In this document: piece after piece, positions 27,915 through 41,500 of the stretch
Layout of the letters: each line of letters starts with the position of its first letter
Position numbering within the stretch: position 1 is the first letter of the stretch
From: Utricularia gibba
Taxonomy: Eukaryota; Plantae; Magnoliophyta
Direction: 5' to 3'
Length of the DNA: 64,000 bases
NCBI GenBank assembly: GCA_002189035.1
Contig: NEEC01000092.1
Span: 1 to 64,000 of the forward strand
Notes under the pieces: generated by a model
The model's input: the letters and a program-made list of their open reading frames with translations, nothing else
Told to the model about the DNA's origin: nothing
The model's database searches: none
Translations under genes and position numbers: made by a program

Positions 27915-30900
27915 TTTTTCTAGAACATCAATCACTTTTTCCTTGAGTATATTAAAACCAACGGGAGCTACGAGGGCCGACTCGACCGACCTTGCTTGCC
28001 CCACGAGAGTATCCATGTTGCCCCATGAATCCTAACTTCAATAACTGCATCACGATTTTCGTCGAGTAGGACTGTGGCCTTGGGTCAAATACAACGAGCC
28101 GATGCCATTGAGGGCCTATTAAAACCAACGTTAATAAATGCATCAAACCAAATTTTCGGGTCGCCGTCATGATCAATATAAAGATGCGGTTGAGAAAACC
28201 ATTTTGGGTGCTCATGATAACTGCATTACGATTTTCGTCGAGTAGGACCCGGAGTGTGGCTGAACGAGGACATCACCCGCGAAAAACGACAAGCTTTTCC
28301 TTGAGAAACCATGTAGGCAGCCTATTAAAACCAACGTTAATAAATGCATCAAGTTTTTTGCGGAGCTACAAATGACTATGGACCGAAGTTCAAAAGACAA
28401 ATCATGCCCGCCCCTAACTTCAAAACGACACGAGCTTTTCCTTGGGTCTGAACGAAAAACGACATCACCGCCCAAAACGAAGCTTTTCCTTGAGAAACCC
28501 ATTGCGGCCTATTAAAACCAACCGTTAATAAATGCATCAAGTTTTTGCCGAGCTACAAATGACTATGGGCCCGAGCTCGACTCGACCTCCTGCTCGATAC
28601 CGTTGCCCCACGAGAGTGAATGCTTATCTCAAATAACTAAAGCATGCGTCGAGTTGGCAAAGGAGTCAGACCGAACCTTGGGTCTGAACGAAGTTTTGAG
28701 GTAGCTATTAAAACCCAACGTTAGTAAATGATACGTTTTTTGCCTAACTTCCGAGCCCGACTCGACCTTTTGCCGACCGTGCCCCATCACATGATTTTCG
28801 TCCTAACTTCAATAACTGCATCACGATTTTCGTCGAGTAGGACCCGATGTGGCAAAGGAGTCAGACCGAGAGACCTTGAGGAGGCGGCCTATTAAAACCA
28901 ACGTTAATAAATGCATCAAGTTTTTTGCCGAGCTACAAATGACTATGGGCCGAGCTCGACTCGACCTCCTGCTCGATACCGTTGCCCCACGAGAGTGCCT
29001 ATCAAATATAAAGCATGCGGTTGAGAAAACCATTTTGGGTGCTCATGATATCCTAACTTCAATAACTGCATCACGATTTTCGTCGAGTAGGACCGAAACC
29101 ATTGAAAGGAGCCTAGACATTGAACCTAACCAACCGTTAATGAACGAAGTCAACGTTTTTCACCGAGCGCCGAAAAACGACAATATTTTCCTTGAGAAAC
29201 CGACTTCCTGAGGCGCCTATTAAAACCAACGTTGCGTTACGAAAGTGCATCATAGTTTTTATAAAGCATGCGGTTGAGAAAACCATTTTGGGTGCTCATG
29301 AATCCTAACTTCAATAAATCTATGGGCCGATTTCTCGACTCGTCCTGAGGACGATACCGTTGCCCCGCGAGAGTCAGACCGATACCTTGGGTATAAAGAA
29401 TGATTGAGAAAACCCGATTTCACCCGGGTCCGAAAAACGACATGCTTTTCCTTGAGAAACCATTGTAGGCATTACGATAATCGTCGACCCAGTTACCTGC
29501 ATGCACAAAGCGAGTCGAGCCGAACAACTTGGGTCAGAACGAAGTTCCAACGACATCACCCGCAAAAACGACAAGCTTTTCCTTGAGAAACCATGAGGCG
29601 GCCTATTAAAACCAACGTTAATAAATGCATCAAGTTTTTTGCGAGCTACAAATGACTATGGGCCCGAGCTGACTCGACCTTTGCCGATACCGTGCCCCAC
29701 GAGAGTGCCTTATCAAATACAAGCATGCGGTTGAGAAAACCATTTTGGGTGCTCATGAATCCTAACTTCAATAACTGCATCACGATTTTCGTCGAGTAGG
29801 ACCGATGTGGCAAAAGTCAGACCGAACCTTGGGTCCGAACGAAGTTCCCAACGACATCACCCGCCAAAACGACAAGCTTTTCCTTGAGAAACCATGTAGG
29901 CGCCTATTAAAACCAACGTTAATAAATGCATCAAGTTTTTTGCCGAGCTACAAATGACTATGGGCCCGAGCTCGACTCGACCTCCTGCTCGATACCGTTG
30001 CCCCACGAGAGTGCCTTATCAAATATAAAGCATGCGGTTGAGAAAACCATTTTGGGTGCTCATGAATCCTAACTTCAATAACTGCATCACGATTTTCGTC
30101 GAGTAGGACCGATGTGGCAAAGGAGTCAGACCGAACCTTGGGTCTTTCAGGTCTCACCCGAAGAAAAACGACATCACCTTGAGAAACCATGCCAAAAACG
30201 CAGCCTATTTCCCAACCTTGAGAAAACCCATTGAGGTTTTTTGCGTAGCTACAAATGACTATGGGACCGAGCCCGACTCGACCTTTTGCCGATACCGTGC
30301 CCCACTAGAGCGCCTCCTCAAATATAAAGCATGCGATTGAGAAAACCATTTTGGGTGCTCATGAATCCTAACTTCAATAACTGCATCACGATTTTCGTCG
30401 AGTAGGACCCATGTGGCAAAGGGGCCGAGACAGAACCTTGGGTCTGACCGAAGACCTTGCCGATACAACGATCAAATCATGCGGTTGAGAAAACCGCCAT
30501 GAAAACTTCAATAACTGCATCACGATTTTCGTCGAGTAGGACCCGATGTGGCAAAGGAGTCAGACAGAACCTTGGGTCCGAACGAAACCGATTGAGAAAA
30601 CCATTGCGGCCTATTAAAACCAACCGTTAATAAATGCATCAAGTTTTTTGCCGAGCTACAAATGACTATGGGCCCGAGCTCGACTCGACCTCCTGCTCGA
30701 TACCGTTGCCCCACGAGAGTGCCTTATCAAATATAAAGCAATGCTCATGATTGATCACGAAGTAACCATTTTGGGTCCGAACGAAGTTCAACGACATCAC
30801 CCGCCAAAAAACATCCTTGAGAAACTTCAGCCTATTAAATGCATTACGATTGGGCCCGAGCTCGACTCGAGCTAGGCCCCACCCTGCATGTTGAGAAAAC

Positions 30901-32520
30901 AATGAGGATTTTCGTCGAGTAGGACCGAACAGACCGAACCTTGGGTCTTCCAACGAATCGAAGACAAGCTTTTCCTTGAGAAACAAGGCAGCCTACCCAA
31001 CGTCATCCCGAGCTACGACTAAAACGCTCGACCGTTGCCCCACGAGAGCTTTTCATGCGGTTGAGAAACCATGTGCTCAGGCAGATTTTCGTCGAGTATT
31101 GGCAAAAGTCCGAACAAACGTTAGTAAATGCCATCAGCCTATTAAAACCAACGTTAATTTCAAGTGCGGCTAGCTACAACTCGATCCTGATACCGTTGCC
31201 CCATGCATGCGGTTGAGAAAACCATTTTGGGTGCTCATGCCTAACGACACGATTTCGACCGATTTTGGGTCCGAAGTTCCCAACGTCACCCGCCCCACTT
31301 TTCCTTGAGAGCGCCTCCTCAAATACAAAGCATGGGCCGAGCCCGACTTTTTTGCCGATAACCGTGCTCCCACTCAGACGCGTCCTCCTCAAATATAAAA
31401 AACGCATGCCGAGCTATGAGAAACCATTTTGCGGTTGACTCATGACATATCCTAGACGTTCAAATAAACTGCTGATTCCACGATCACGATTTTCGTCGAG
31501 TAGGACCGAGATTTGGCAAACGCCGAGTCAGACCGAATTAAAACCATTTTGGGTCATGAACGAACGATTCTCGACAACAGACAGAACCTCACCGCATCAC
31601 GAAAACGACAAGCTTTTCCTTGAGAAACCATTGAGGCCCTATTGAGGCGAGCCTGACTTAAAGACCAACGTTGAGAAACCATTTTGGGTGCTCATGAATC
31701 CTAACTTCAATAAATGCATCAATCGTCGAGTAGGACCTGTGTTTGCCGAAGCTACAAATGAAAAACTATGGGCCCGAGCTCGACTCGACCTCCTGCTCGA
31801 TACCGTTGCCCCGAGAGCGCCGATTGATCAGACATAACTTCAAAGCATGCGGTATGAGATCAACCGACCATTATTGAGGTGCTCCATGCATCAATCCTAA
31901 CTTCAATAACTTGCATCACGGAGTTTTCTGTCGAGTAGGACCGATGTGGCAAAGGAGTCAGACCGAACCTTGGGTCAGAATCCAACGAAGTTCACAACGA
32001 ACCCATTCACACGCCACAAAAAACGACCTTTTCGAGAAAACTCGGCCTATTAAAACCTTTTGCATCAAGTTTTTTGCGAGCTACCGTCGACTCGACCTCC
32101 TGCTCGATACCGTTGCCCCACGAGAGTGCCTTATCAAATATAAAGCATGCGGTTGAGAAATTTTTGCTCATGAATCCTAACTTCAATAATGCATCACGAT
32201 TTTCGTCGAGTAGGACCCGATGTGGCAAAGGAGTCAGACCGAACCTTGGTCAGAACGAAGTTCCCAACGACATCACCCGCCCAAAAACGACAAGCTTTTC
32301 CTTGAGAAACCATGTAGGCGCCTATTAAAACCAACGTTAATAAATGCATCAATCCGAGCTAACTTGGGCAGCTCGATAACCGTGCACGAGAGCGCTCACA
32401 TGCGGTTGAGAAAACCATTTTGGGTGCTCATGAATCCTAACTTCAATAACTGAGTAGTAGACCCGAGATTGGCAGAAGGAGACATCAGAAAACGACAAGC
32501 TTTTCCTTGAGAAACCATGT
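27915..32520. repeat. Scrambled/degenerate satellite zone: short satellite fragments in broken order mixed with near-intact monomers
   Basis: Periodicity collapses after ...GCATCACGTTTTTTTTTCTAGAAC (27915). Fragments such as GAAAACCATTTTGGGT, CGTCGAGTAGGACC and CTCGACTCGACC recur at irregular spacing until ~32520. Confidence 0.85.
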
Positions 32521-35500
32521 AGGCGCCTATTAAAACCAACGTTAATAAATGCATCAAGTTTTTTGCCGAGCTACAAATGACTATGGGCCCGACTCGACTC
32601 GACCTCCTGCTCGATACCGTTGCCCCACGAGAGTGCCTTATCAAATATAAAGCATGCGGTTGAGAAAACCATTTTGGGTGCTCATGAATCCTAACTTCAA
32701 TAACTGCATCACGATTTTCGCGAGTAGGACCCGATGTGGCAAAGGAGTCAGACCGAACCTTGGGTCCGAACGAAGTTCACAACGACATCACCCGCCCAAA
32801 AACACAAGCTTTTCCTTGAGAAACCATGAGGCAGCCTATTAAAACCCAACGTTAATAAATGCATCAAGTTTTTTGCCGAGCTACAAATGACTATGGGCCC
32901 GAGCTCGACTCGACCTGCTCGATACCGTTGCCCCACGAGAGCGCCTTATCAAATATAAAGCATGCGGTTGAGAAAACCATTTTGGGTGCTCATGAATCCT
33001 AACTTCAATAACTGCATCACGATTTTCGTCGAGTAGGACCCGATGTGGCAAAGGAGTCAGACCGAACCTTGGGTCAGAACGAAGTTCACAACGACATCAC
33101 CCGCCAAAACGACAAGCTTTTCCTTGAGAAAACCATTGAGGCGGCCTATTAAAACCAACGTTAATAAATGCATCAAGTTTTTTGCCGAGCTACAAATGAC
33201 TATGGGCCCGAGCTCGACTCGACCTCCTGCTCGATACCGTTGCCCCACGAGTGCCTTATCAAATATAAAGCATGCGGTTGAGAAAACCATTTTGGGTGCT
33301 CATGAATCCTAACTTCAATAACTGCATCACGATTTTCGTCGAGTAGGACCGATTGGCAAAGGAGTCAGACCGAACCTTGGGTCCGAACGAAGTTCCCAAC
33401 GACATCACCCGCCCAAAAACGACAAGCTTTTCCTTGAGAAACCATTAGGCGCCTATTAAAACCAACGTTAATAAATGCATCAATTTTTTGCCGAGCTACA
33501 AATGACTATGGGCCCGAGCTCGACTCGACCTCCTGCTCGATACCGTTGCCCCACGAGAGCCTTATCAAATATAAAGCATGCGGTTGAGAAAACCATTTTG
33601 GGTGCTCATGAATCCTAACTTCAATAACTGCATCACGATTTTCGTCGAGTAGGACCGATGTGGCAAAGGAGTCGACCGAACCTTGGTCAGAACGAAGTTC
33701 CAACGACATCACCGCCCAAAAACGACAAGCTTTTCCTTGAGAAACCATGAGGCAGCCTATTAAAACCAACGTTAATAAATGCATCAAGTTTTTTGCCGAG
33801 CTACAAATGACTATGGCCCGAGCCGACTCGACCTTTGCCGATACCGTGCCCCACGAGAGCGCCTATCAAATATAAAGCATGCGGTTGAGAAAACCATTTT
33901 GGGTGCTCATGAATCCTAACTTCAATAACTGCATCACGATTTTCGTCGAGTAGGACCCGATTGGCAAAGGAGTGACAGAACCTTGGGTCGAACGAAGTTC
34001 CCAACGACATCACCGCCCAAAACGACAAGCTTTTCCTTGAGAAACCATTGAGGCGCCTATAAAACAACGTTAATAAATGCATCAAGTTTTTTGCCGAGCT
34101 ACAAATGACTATGGGCCGAGCTCGACTCGACCTCCTGCTCGATACCGTTGCCCCACGAGAGCGCCTTATCAAATATAAAGCATGCGGTTGAGAAAACCAT
34201 TTTGGGTGCTCATGATATCCTAACTTCAATAACTGCATCACGATTTTCGTCGAGTAGGACCCGATGTGGCAAAGGAGTCAGACCGAACCTTGGGTCCGAA
34301 CGAAGTTCCAACGACATCACCCGCCCAAAAACGACAAGCTTTTCCTTGAGAAACCATGTAGGCAGCCTATTAAAACCAACGTTAATAAATGCATCAAGTT
34401 TTTTGCCGAGCTACAAATGACTATGGGCCCGAGCTCGACTCGACCTCCTGCTCGATACCGTTGCCCCACGAGAGCGCCTTATCAAATATAAAGCATGCGG
34501 TTGAGAAAACCATTTTGGGTGCTCATGAATCCTAACTTCAATAACTGCATCACGATTTTCGTCGAGTAGGACCCGATGTGGCAAAGGAGTCAGACCGAAC
34601 CTTGGGTCCGAACGAAGTTCAAACGACATCACCCGCCCAAAAACGACAAGCTTTTCCTTGAGAAACATGTAGGCAGCCTATAAAACCAACGTTAATAAAT
34701 GCATCAATTTTTTTGCCGAGCTACAAATGACTATGGGCCCGAGCTCGACTCGACCTCCTGCTCGATACCGTTGCCCCACGAGAGTGCCTTATCAAATATA
34801 AAGCATGCGGTTGAGAAAACCATTTTGGGTGCTCATGACATCCTAACTTCAATAAATGCATTACGATTATCGTCGAGTAGGACCTGATGTGGCAAAGGAG
34901 TCTGACCGAACCTTGGGTCAGAACGAAGTTCCCAACGACATCACCCGCCGAAAAACGACAAGCTTTTCCTTGAGAAACCATGTAGGCAGCCTATTAAAAC
35001 CAACGTTAATAAATGCATCAATTTTTTGCGAGCTACAAATGACTATGGGCCCGAGCTCGACTCGACCTCCTGCTCGATACCGTTGCCCCACGAGAGCGCC
35101 TCCTCAAATATAAAGCATGCGGTTGAGAAAACCATTTTGGGTGCTCATGACATCCTAACTTCAATAAATGCATTACGATTATCGTCGAGTAGGACCTGAT
35201 GTGGCAAAGGAGTCTGACCGAACCTTGGGTCTGAACGAAGTTCCCAACGACATCACCCGCCGAAAAACGACAAGCTTTTCCTTGAGAAACCATGTAGGCA
35301 GCCTTTAAAACCCAACGTTAATAAATGCATCACGTTTTTTGCGGAGCTACAAATGGGGACCGAGCCCGACTCGACCTTTTGCCCGATACCGTGCCCCACT
35401 AGAGCGCCTCCTCAAATACAAAGCATGCGATTGAGAAAACCATTTTGGGTGCTCATGAAATCCTAACTTCAATAACTGCATCACGATTTTCGTCGAGTAG

Positions 35501-38500
35501 GACCAGATTTGGCAAAGGAGACAGACCGAACCATGGGTCAGAACGAAGTTCACAACGACATCACTCGCCCAAAAACGACAAGCTTTTCCTTGAGAAAACC
35601 ATTGAGGCGGCCTATTAAAACCAACCGTTAATAAATGCATCAAGTTTTTTGCCGAGCTACAAATGACTATGGGCCCGAGCTCGACTCGACCTCCTGCTCG
35701 ATACCGTTGCCCCACGAGAGTGCCTTATCAAATATAAAGCATGCGGTTGAGAAAACCATTTTGGGTGCTCATGATATCCTAACTTCAATAACTTCATCAC
35801 GATTTTCGTCGAGTAGGACCCGATGTGGCAAGGAGTCAGACAGAACCTTGGGTCCGAACGAAGTTCCCAACGACATCACCCCCAAAAACGACAGCTTTTC
35901 CTTGAGAAACATGTAGGCAGCCTAAAGCCGAACGTTAATAAATGCATCAATTTTTTTGCCGAGCTACAAATGACTATGGGCCCGACCTCGACTCGACCTC
36001 CTGCTCGATACCGTTGCCCCACGAGAGCGCCTTATCAAATATAAAGCATGCGGTTGAGAAAACCATTTTGGGTGCTCATGATATCCTAACTTCAATAACT
36101 GCATCACGTTTTTCACCGAGTAGGACCCGATGTGGCAAAGGAGTCAGACCGAACCTTGGGTCTGAACGAAGTTCACAACGACATCACCCGCCCAAAAACG
36201 ACAAGCTTTTCCTTGAGAAACCATGTAGGCAGCCTATTAAAACCCAACGTTAATAAATGCATCACTTTTTTTGCGGGCTACAAATGTTCGACCTCCTCCC
36301 GATACCGTGCCCCATAGAGCGCCTCCTCAAATATAAAGCATGCGATTGAGAAAACCATTTTGGGTGCTCATGAAATCCTATTTCAATAAACGCATCAGAT
36401 TTTCGTCGAGTAGTACCGATTGGGCAAAGCGCCAACAGAACCATTCCCAACGAAAGCACCCGCTTAAAACGGCAAGCTTTCCTTCAAAACATGTAGGCAG
36501 CCTATTAAAACCAACGTTAATAAATGCATCAAGTTTTTTGCTGAGCTGCAAATGAGTATGGGACCGAGCCGACTCGACCTCTGGCCCGATACCGTTGCCC
36601 CACTAGAGCGCCTCCTCAAATATAAAGCATGCGGTTGAGGAAACCATTTTGGGTGATCATGACATCCTAACTTCAATAACTGCATCACGATTTTCGTCGA
36701 GTAGGACCCGATGTGGCAAAGGAGTCAGACAGAACCTTGGGTCTGAACGAAGTTCCCAACGACATCACCCGCCGAAAAACGACAAGCTTTTCCTTGAGAA
36801 ACCATGTAGGCAGCCTTTTAAAACCCAACGTTAAAATGCATCACGTTTTTTGCGAGCTACAAATGATATGGGACCGAGCCCGACTCGACCTTTGCCGATA
36901 CCGTGCCCCACTAGAGCGCCTCCTCAAATACAAAGCATGCGATTGAGAAAACCATTTTGGGTGCTCATGAAATCCTAACTTCAATAACTGCATCACGATT
37001 TTCGTCGAGTAGGACCAGATTTGGCAAAGGAGACAGACCGAACCTGGGTCAGAACGAGTTCACAACGACATCACCGCCCAAAAACGACAAGCTTTTCCTT
37101 GAGAAAACCATTGAGGCGGCCTATTAAAACCAACGTTAATAAATGCATCAAGTTTTTTCCGAGCTACAAATGACTATGGGCCCGAGCTCGACTCGACCTC
37201 CTGCTCGATACCGTTGCCCCACGGAGCGCCTCAAATATAAAGCATGCGGTTGAGAAACCATTTTGGGTGCTCATGACATCCTAACTTCAATAACTGCATC
37301 ACGATTTTCGTCGAGTAGGACCAGATGTGGCAAAGGAGTCAGACCGAACCTTGGGTCAGAACGAAGTTCCAAAGACATCATCCGCCAAGAAACGACAAGC
37401 TTTTCTTGAGAAACTATGTAGGCAGCCTAATAAAACCGAACGTTAATAAATGCATCAATTTTTTTGTGGAGCTACAAATGACTATGGGACCGAGCTCGAC
37501 TCGACCTCTGCCCGATACCGTTGCCCCACTAGAGAGCCTCTTCAAATATAAAGCATGCGATTGAGAAAACCATTTTGGGTGCTCATGAATCCTAACTTCA
37601 ATAATGCATCACGATTTTCGTCGAGTAGGACCTGATGTGGCAAAGGAGTCAGACCGAACCTTGGGTGTGAACGAAGTTCCAACGACATCACCCGCCAAAA
37701 ACGACAAGCTTTTCCTTGAAAAACCATGTAGGCAGCCTATTAAAACCCACGTTATAAATGCATCACGTTTTTTGCGAGCTACAAATGACTATGGGCCCGA
37801 GCTCGACTCGACCTCCTGCTCGATACCGTTGCCCCACGAGAGTGCCTTATCAAATATAAAGCAAGCGGTTGAGAAAACCATTTTGGGTGCTCATGATATC
37901 CTAACTTCAATAACTGCATCACGATTTTCGTCGAGTAGGACCCGATGTGGCAAAGGAGTCAGACCGAACCTTGGGTCCGAACGAAGTTCCCAACGACATC
38001 ACCGCCCAAAAACGACAAGCTTTTCCTTGAGAAACATGTAGGCAGCCTATAAAACCAACGTTAATAAATGCATCAATTTTTTGCCGAGCTACAAATGACT
38101 ATGGGCCCGAGCTCGACTCGACCTCCTGCTCGATACCGTTGCCCCACTAGAGCGCCTCCTCAAATATAAAGCATGCGGTTGAGGAAACCATTTTGGGTGA
38201 TCATGACATCCTAACTTCAATAAATGCATTACGATTTCGTCGAGTAGGACCGATGTGGCAAAGGAGTCAGACCGAACCTTGGGTCTGAACGAAGTTCCCA
38301 ACGACATCACCCGCCGAAAAACGACAAGCTTTTCCTTGAGAAAACCATGTAGGCAGCCTATTAAAACCAACGTTATAAATGCATCAGTTTTTTGCGGAGC
38401 TACAAATGACTATGGGCCCGAGCTCGACTCGACCTCCTGCTCGATACCGTTGCCCCACGAGAGTGCCTTATCAAATATAAAGAATGCGATTGAGAAAACC

Positions 38501-41500
38501 ATTTTGGGTGCTCATGACATCCTAACTTCAATAAATGCATTACGATTATCGTCGAGTAGGACCTGATGTGGCAAAGGAGTCTGACCGAACCTTGGGTCTG
38601 AACGAAGTTCCCAACGACATCACCCGCCGAAAAACGACAAGCTTTTCTTGAGAAACCATGTAGGCAGCCTATTAAAACCCAACGTTAGTAAATGCATCAC
38701 GTTTTTTGCGGAGCTACAAATGAGTATGGGACCGAGCCCGACTCGACCTTTTGCCCGATACGTGCCCCACTAGAGCGCCTCCTCAAATACAAAGCATGCG
38801 ATTGAGAAAACCATTTTGGGTGCTCATGATATCCTAACTTCAATAACTTCATCACGATTTTCGTCGAGTAGGACCCGATGTGGCAAAGGAGTCAGACAGA
38901 ACCTTGGGTCCGAACGAAGTTCCCAACGACATCACCCGCCCAAAAACGACAAGCTTTTCCTTGAGAAACATGTAGGCAGCCTATTAAAACCAACGTTAAT
39001 AAATGCATCAATTTTTTTGCCGAGCTACAAATGACTATGGGCCCGAGCTCGACTCGACCTCCTGCTCGATACCGTTGCCCCACGAGAGCGCCTTATCAAA
39101 TATAAAGCATGCGGTTGAGAAAACCATTTTGGGTGCTCATGATATCCTAACTTCAATAACTGCATCACGATTTTCACCGAGTAGGACCCGATGTGGCAAA
39201 GGAGTCAGACCGAACCTTGGGTCTGAACGAAGTTCACAACGACATCACCCGCCCAAAAACGACAAGCTTTTCCTTGAGAAACCATGTAGGCAGCCTATTA
39301 AAACCCAACGTTAATAAATGCATCACTTTTTTTGCCGGCTACAAATGTCTATGTACCCGAACGCGACTCGACCTCCTGCCGATACCGTTGCCCCATAGAG
39401 CGCCTCCTCAAATATAAAGCATGCGATTGAGAAAACCATTTTGGGTGCTCATGAAATCCTATTTTCAATAAACGCATCAGGATTTTCATCGAGTAGTACC
39501 GATTGGCACAAGCGCCAAACAGAACCATTCCCAACGAAAGCACCCGCTTAAAACGGCAAGCTTTTCCTTCAAAACCATGTAGGCAGCCTATTAAAACCAA
39601 CGTTAATAAATGCATCAAGTTTTTTGCCGAGCTACAAATGACTATGGGCCCGAGCTCGACTCGACCTCCTGCTCGATACCGTTGCCCCACGAGAGTGCCT
39701 TATCAAATATAAAGAATGCGATTGAGAAAACCATTTTGGGTGCTCATGACATCCTAACTTCAATAAATGCATTACGATTATCGTCGAGTAGGACCTGATG
39801 TGGCAAAGGAGTCTGACCGAACCTTGGGTCTGAACGAAGTTCCCAACGACATCACCCGCCGAAAAACGACAAGCTTTTCCTTGAGAAACCATGTAGGCAG
39901 CCTATTAAAACCCAACGTTAGTAAATGCATCACGTTTTTTGCGGAGCTACAAATGAGTATGGGACCGAGCCCGACTCGACCTTTTGCCCGATACCGTGCC
40001 CCACTAGAGCGCCTCCTCAAATACAAAGCATGCGATTGAGAAAACCATTTTGGGTGCTCATGAAATCCTAACTTCAATAACTGCATCACGATTTTCGTCG
40101 AGTAGGACCAGATTTGGCAAAGGAGACAGACCGAACCATGGGTCAGAACGAAGTTCACAACGACATCACTCGCCAAAAACGACAAGCTTTTCCTTGAGAA
40201 AACCATTGAGGCGGCCTATTAAAACCAACCGTTAATAAATGCATCAATTTTTTTGCCGAGCTACAAATGACTATGGGCCCGAGCTCGACTCGACTCTTGC
40301 TCGATACCGTTGCCCCACTAGAGCGCCTCCTCAAATATAAAGCATGCGGTTGAGAAACCATTTTGGGTGATCATGACATCCTAACTTCAATAACTGCATC
40401 ACATTTTCGTCGAGTAGGACCCGATGTGGCAAAGGAGTCAGACCGAACCTTGGGTCAGAACGAACTTCCAACGACATCATCCGCCAAAAACGACAAGCTT
40501 TTCTTTTGAGAAACATGTAGGCAGCCTATTAAAACCAACGTTAATAAATGCATCAATTTTTTTTGCGGGGCTACAAATGACTATGGGACCGAGCTCGACT
40601 CGACCTCTGGCCCAATACCGTTGCCCCACTAGAGAGCCTCTCAAATATAAAGCATGCGATTGAGAAAACCATTTTGGGTGCTCATGACATCCTAACTTCA
40701 ATAAATGCATTACGATTATCGTCGAGTAGGACCTGATGTGGCAAAGGAGTCAGACCGAACCTTGGGTCTGAACGAAGTTCCCAACGACATCACCCGCCGA
40801 AAAACGACAAGCTTTTCCTTGAGAAACCATGTAGGCAGCCTATTAAAACCCGACGTTAGTAAATGCATCACGTTTTTTGCCGGCTACAAATGTCTATGTA
40901 CCGAGCGACTCGACCTCCTGCCGATTACCGTGCCCCCATAGAGCGCCTCCTCAAATATAAAGCATGCGATTGAGAAAACCATTTTGGGTGCTCATGAAAT
41001 CCTATTTTCAATAACGCATCAGGATTTTCGTCGAGTAGTACACGATTGGGCACAAGCGCCAAACAGAACCATGCACCCGGACCAAGATCCAACGAAAGCA
41101 CCCGCTTAAAACGGCAAGCTATTCCTTCAAAACCATGTAGGCAGCCTATTAAAACTCAACGTTAATAAATGCATCAAGTTTTTTGCTGAGCTGCAAATGA
41201 GTATGGGACCGAGCCCAACTCGACCTCTGGCCCGATACCGTTGCCCCACTAGAGCGCCTCCTCAAATATAAAGCATGCGGTTGAGAAACCATTTTGGGTG
41301 ATCATGACATCCTAACTTCAATAACTGCATCACGATTTTCGTCGAGTAGGACCCGATGTGGCAAAGGAGTCAGACCGAACCTTGGGTCCGAACGAAGTTC
41401 CAAAAGACATCACCGCCAAAAACGACAAGCTTTTCTTTGAGAAACCATGTAGGCAGCCTAATTAAAACCAACGTTAATAAATGCATCAATTTTTTTGCGG

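Noticed and set aside
27915-32520. Transposon or foreign insertion as the cause of the disrupted zone
   Set aside because: I found no terminal repeats, target-site duplication, coding remnants or sustained non-satellite sequence; recognisable pieces are satellite-derived.
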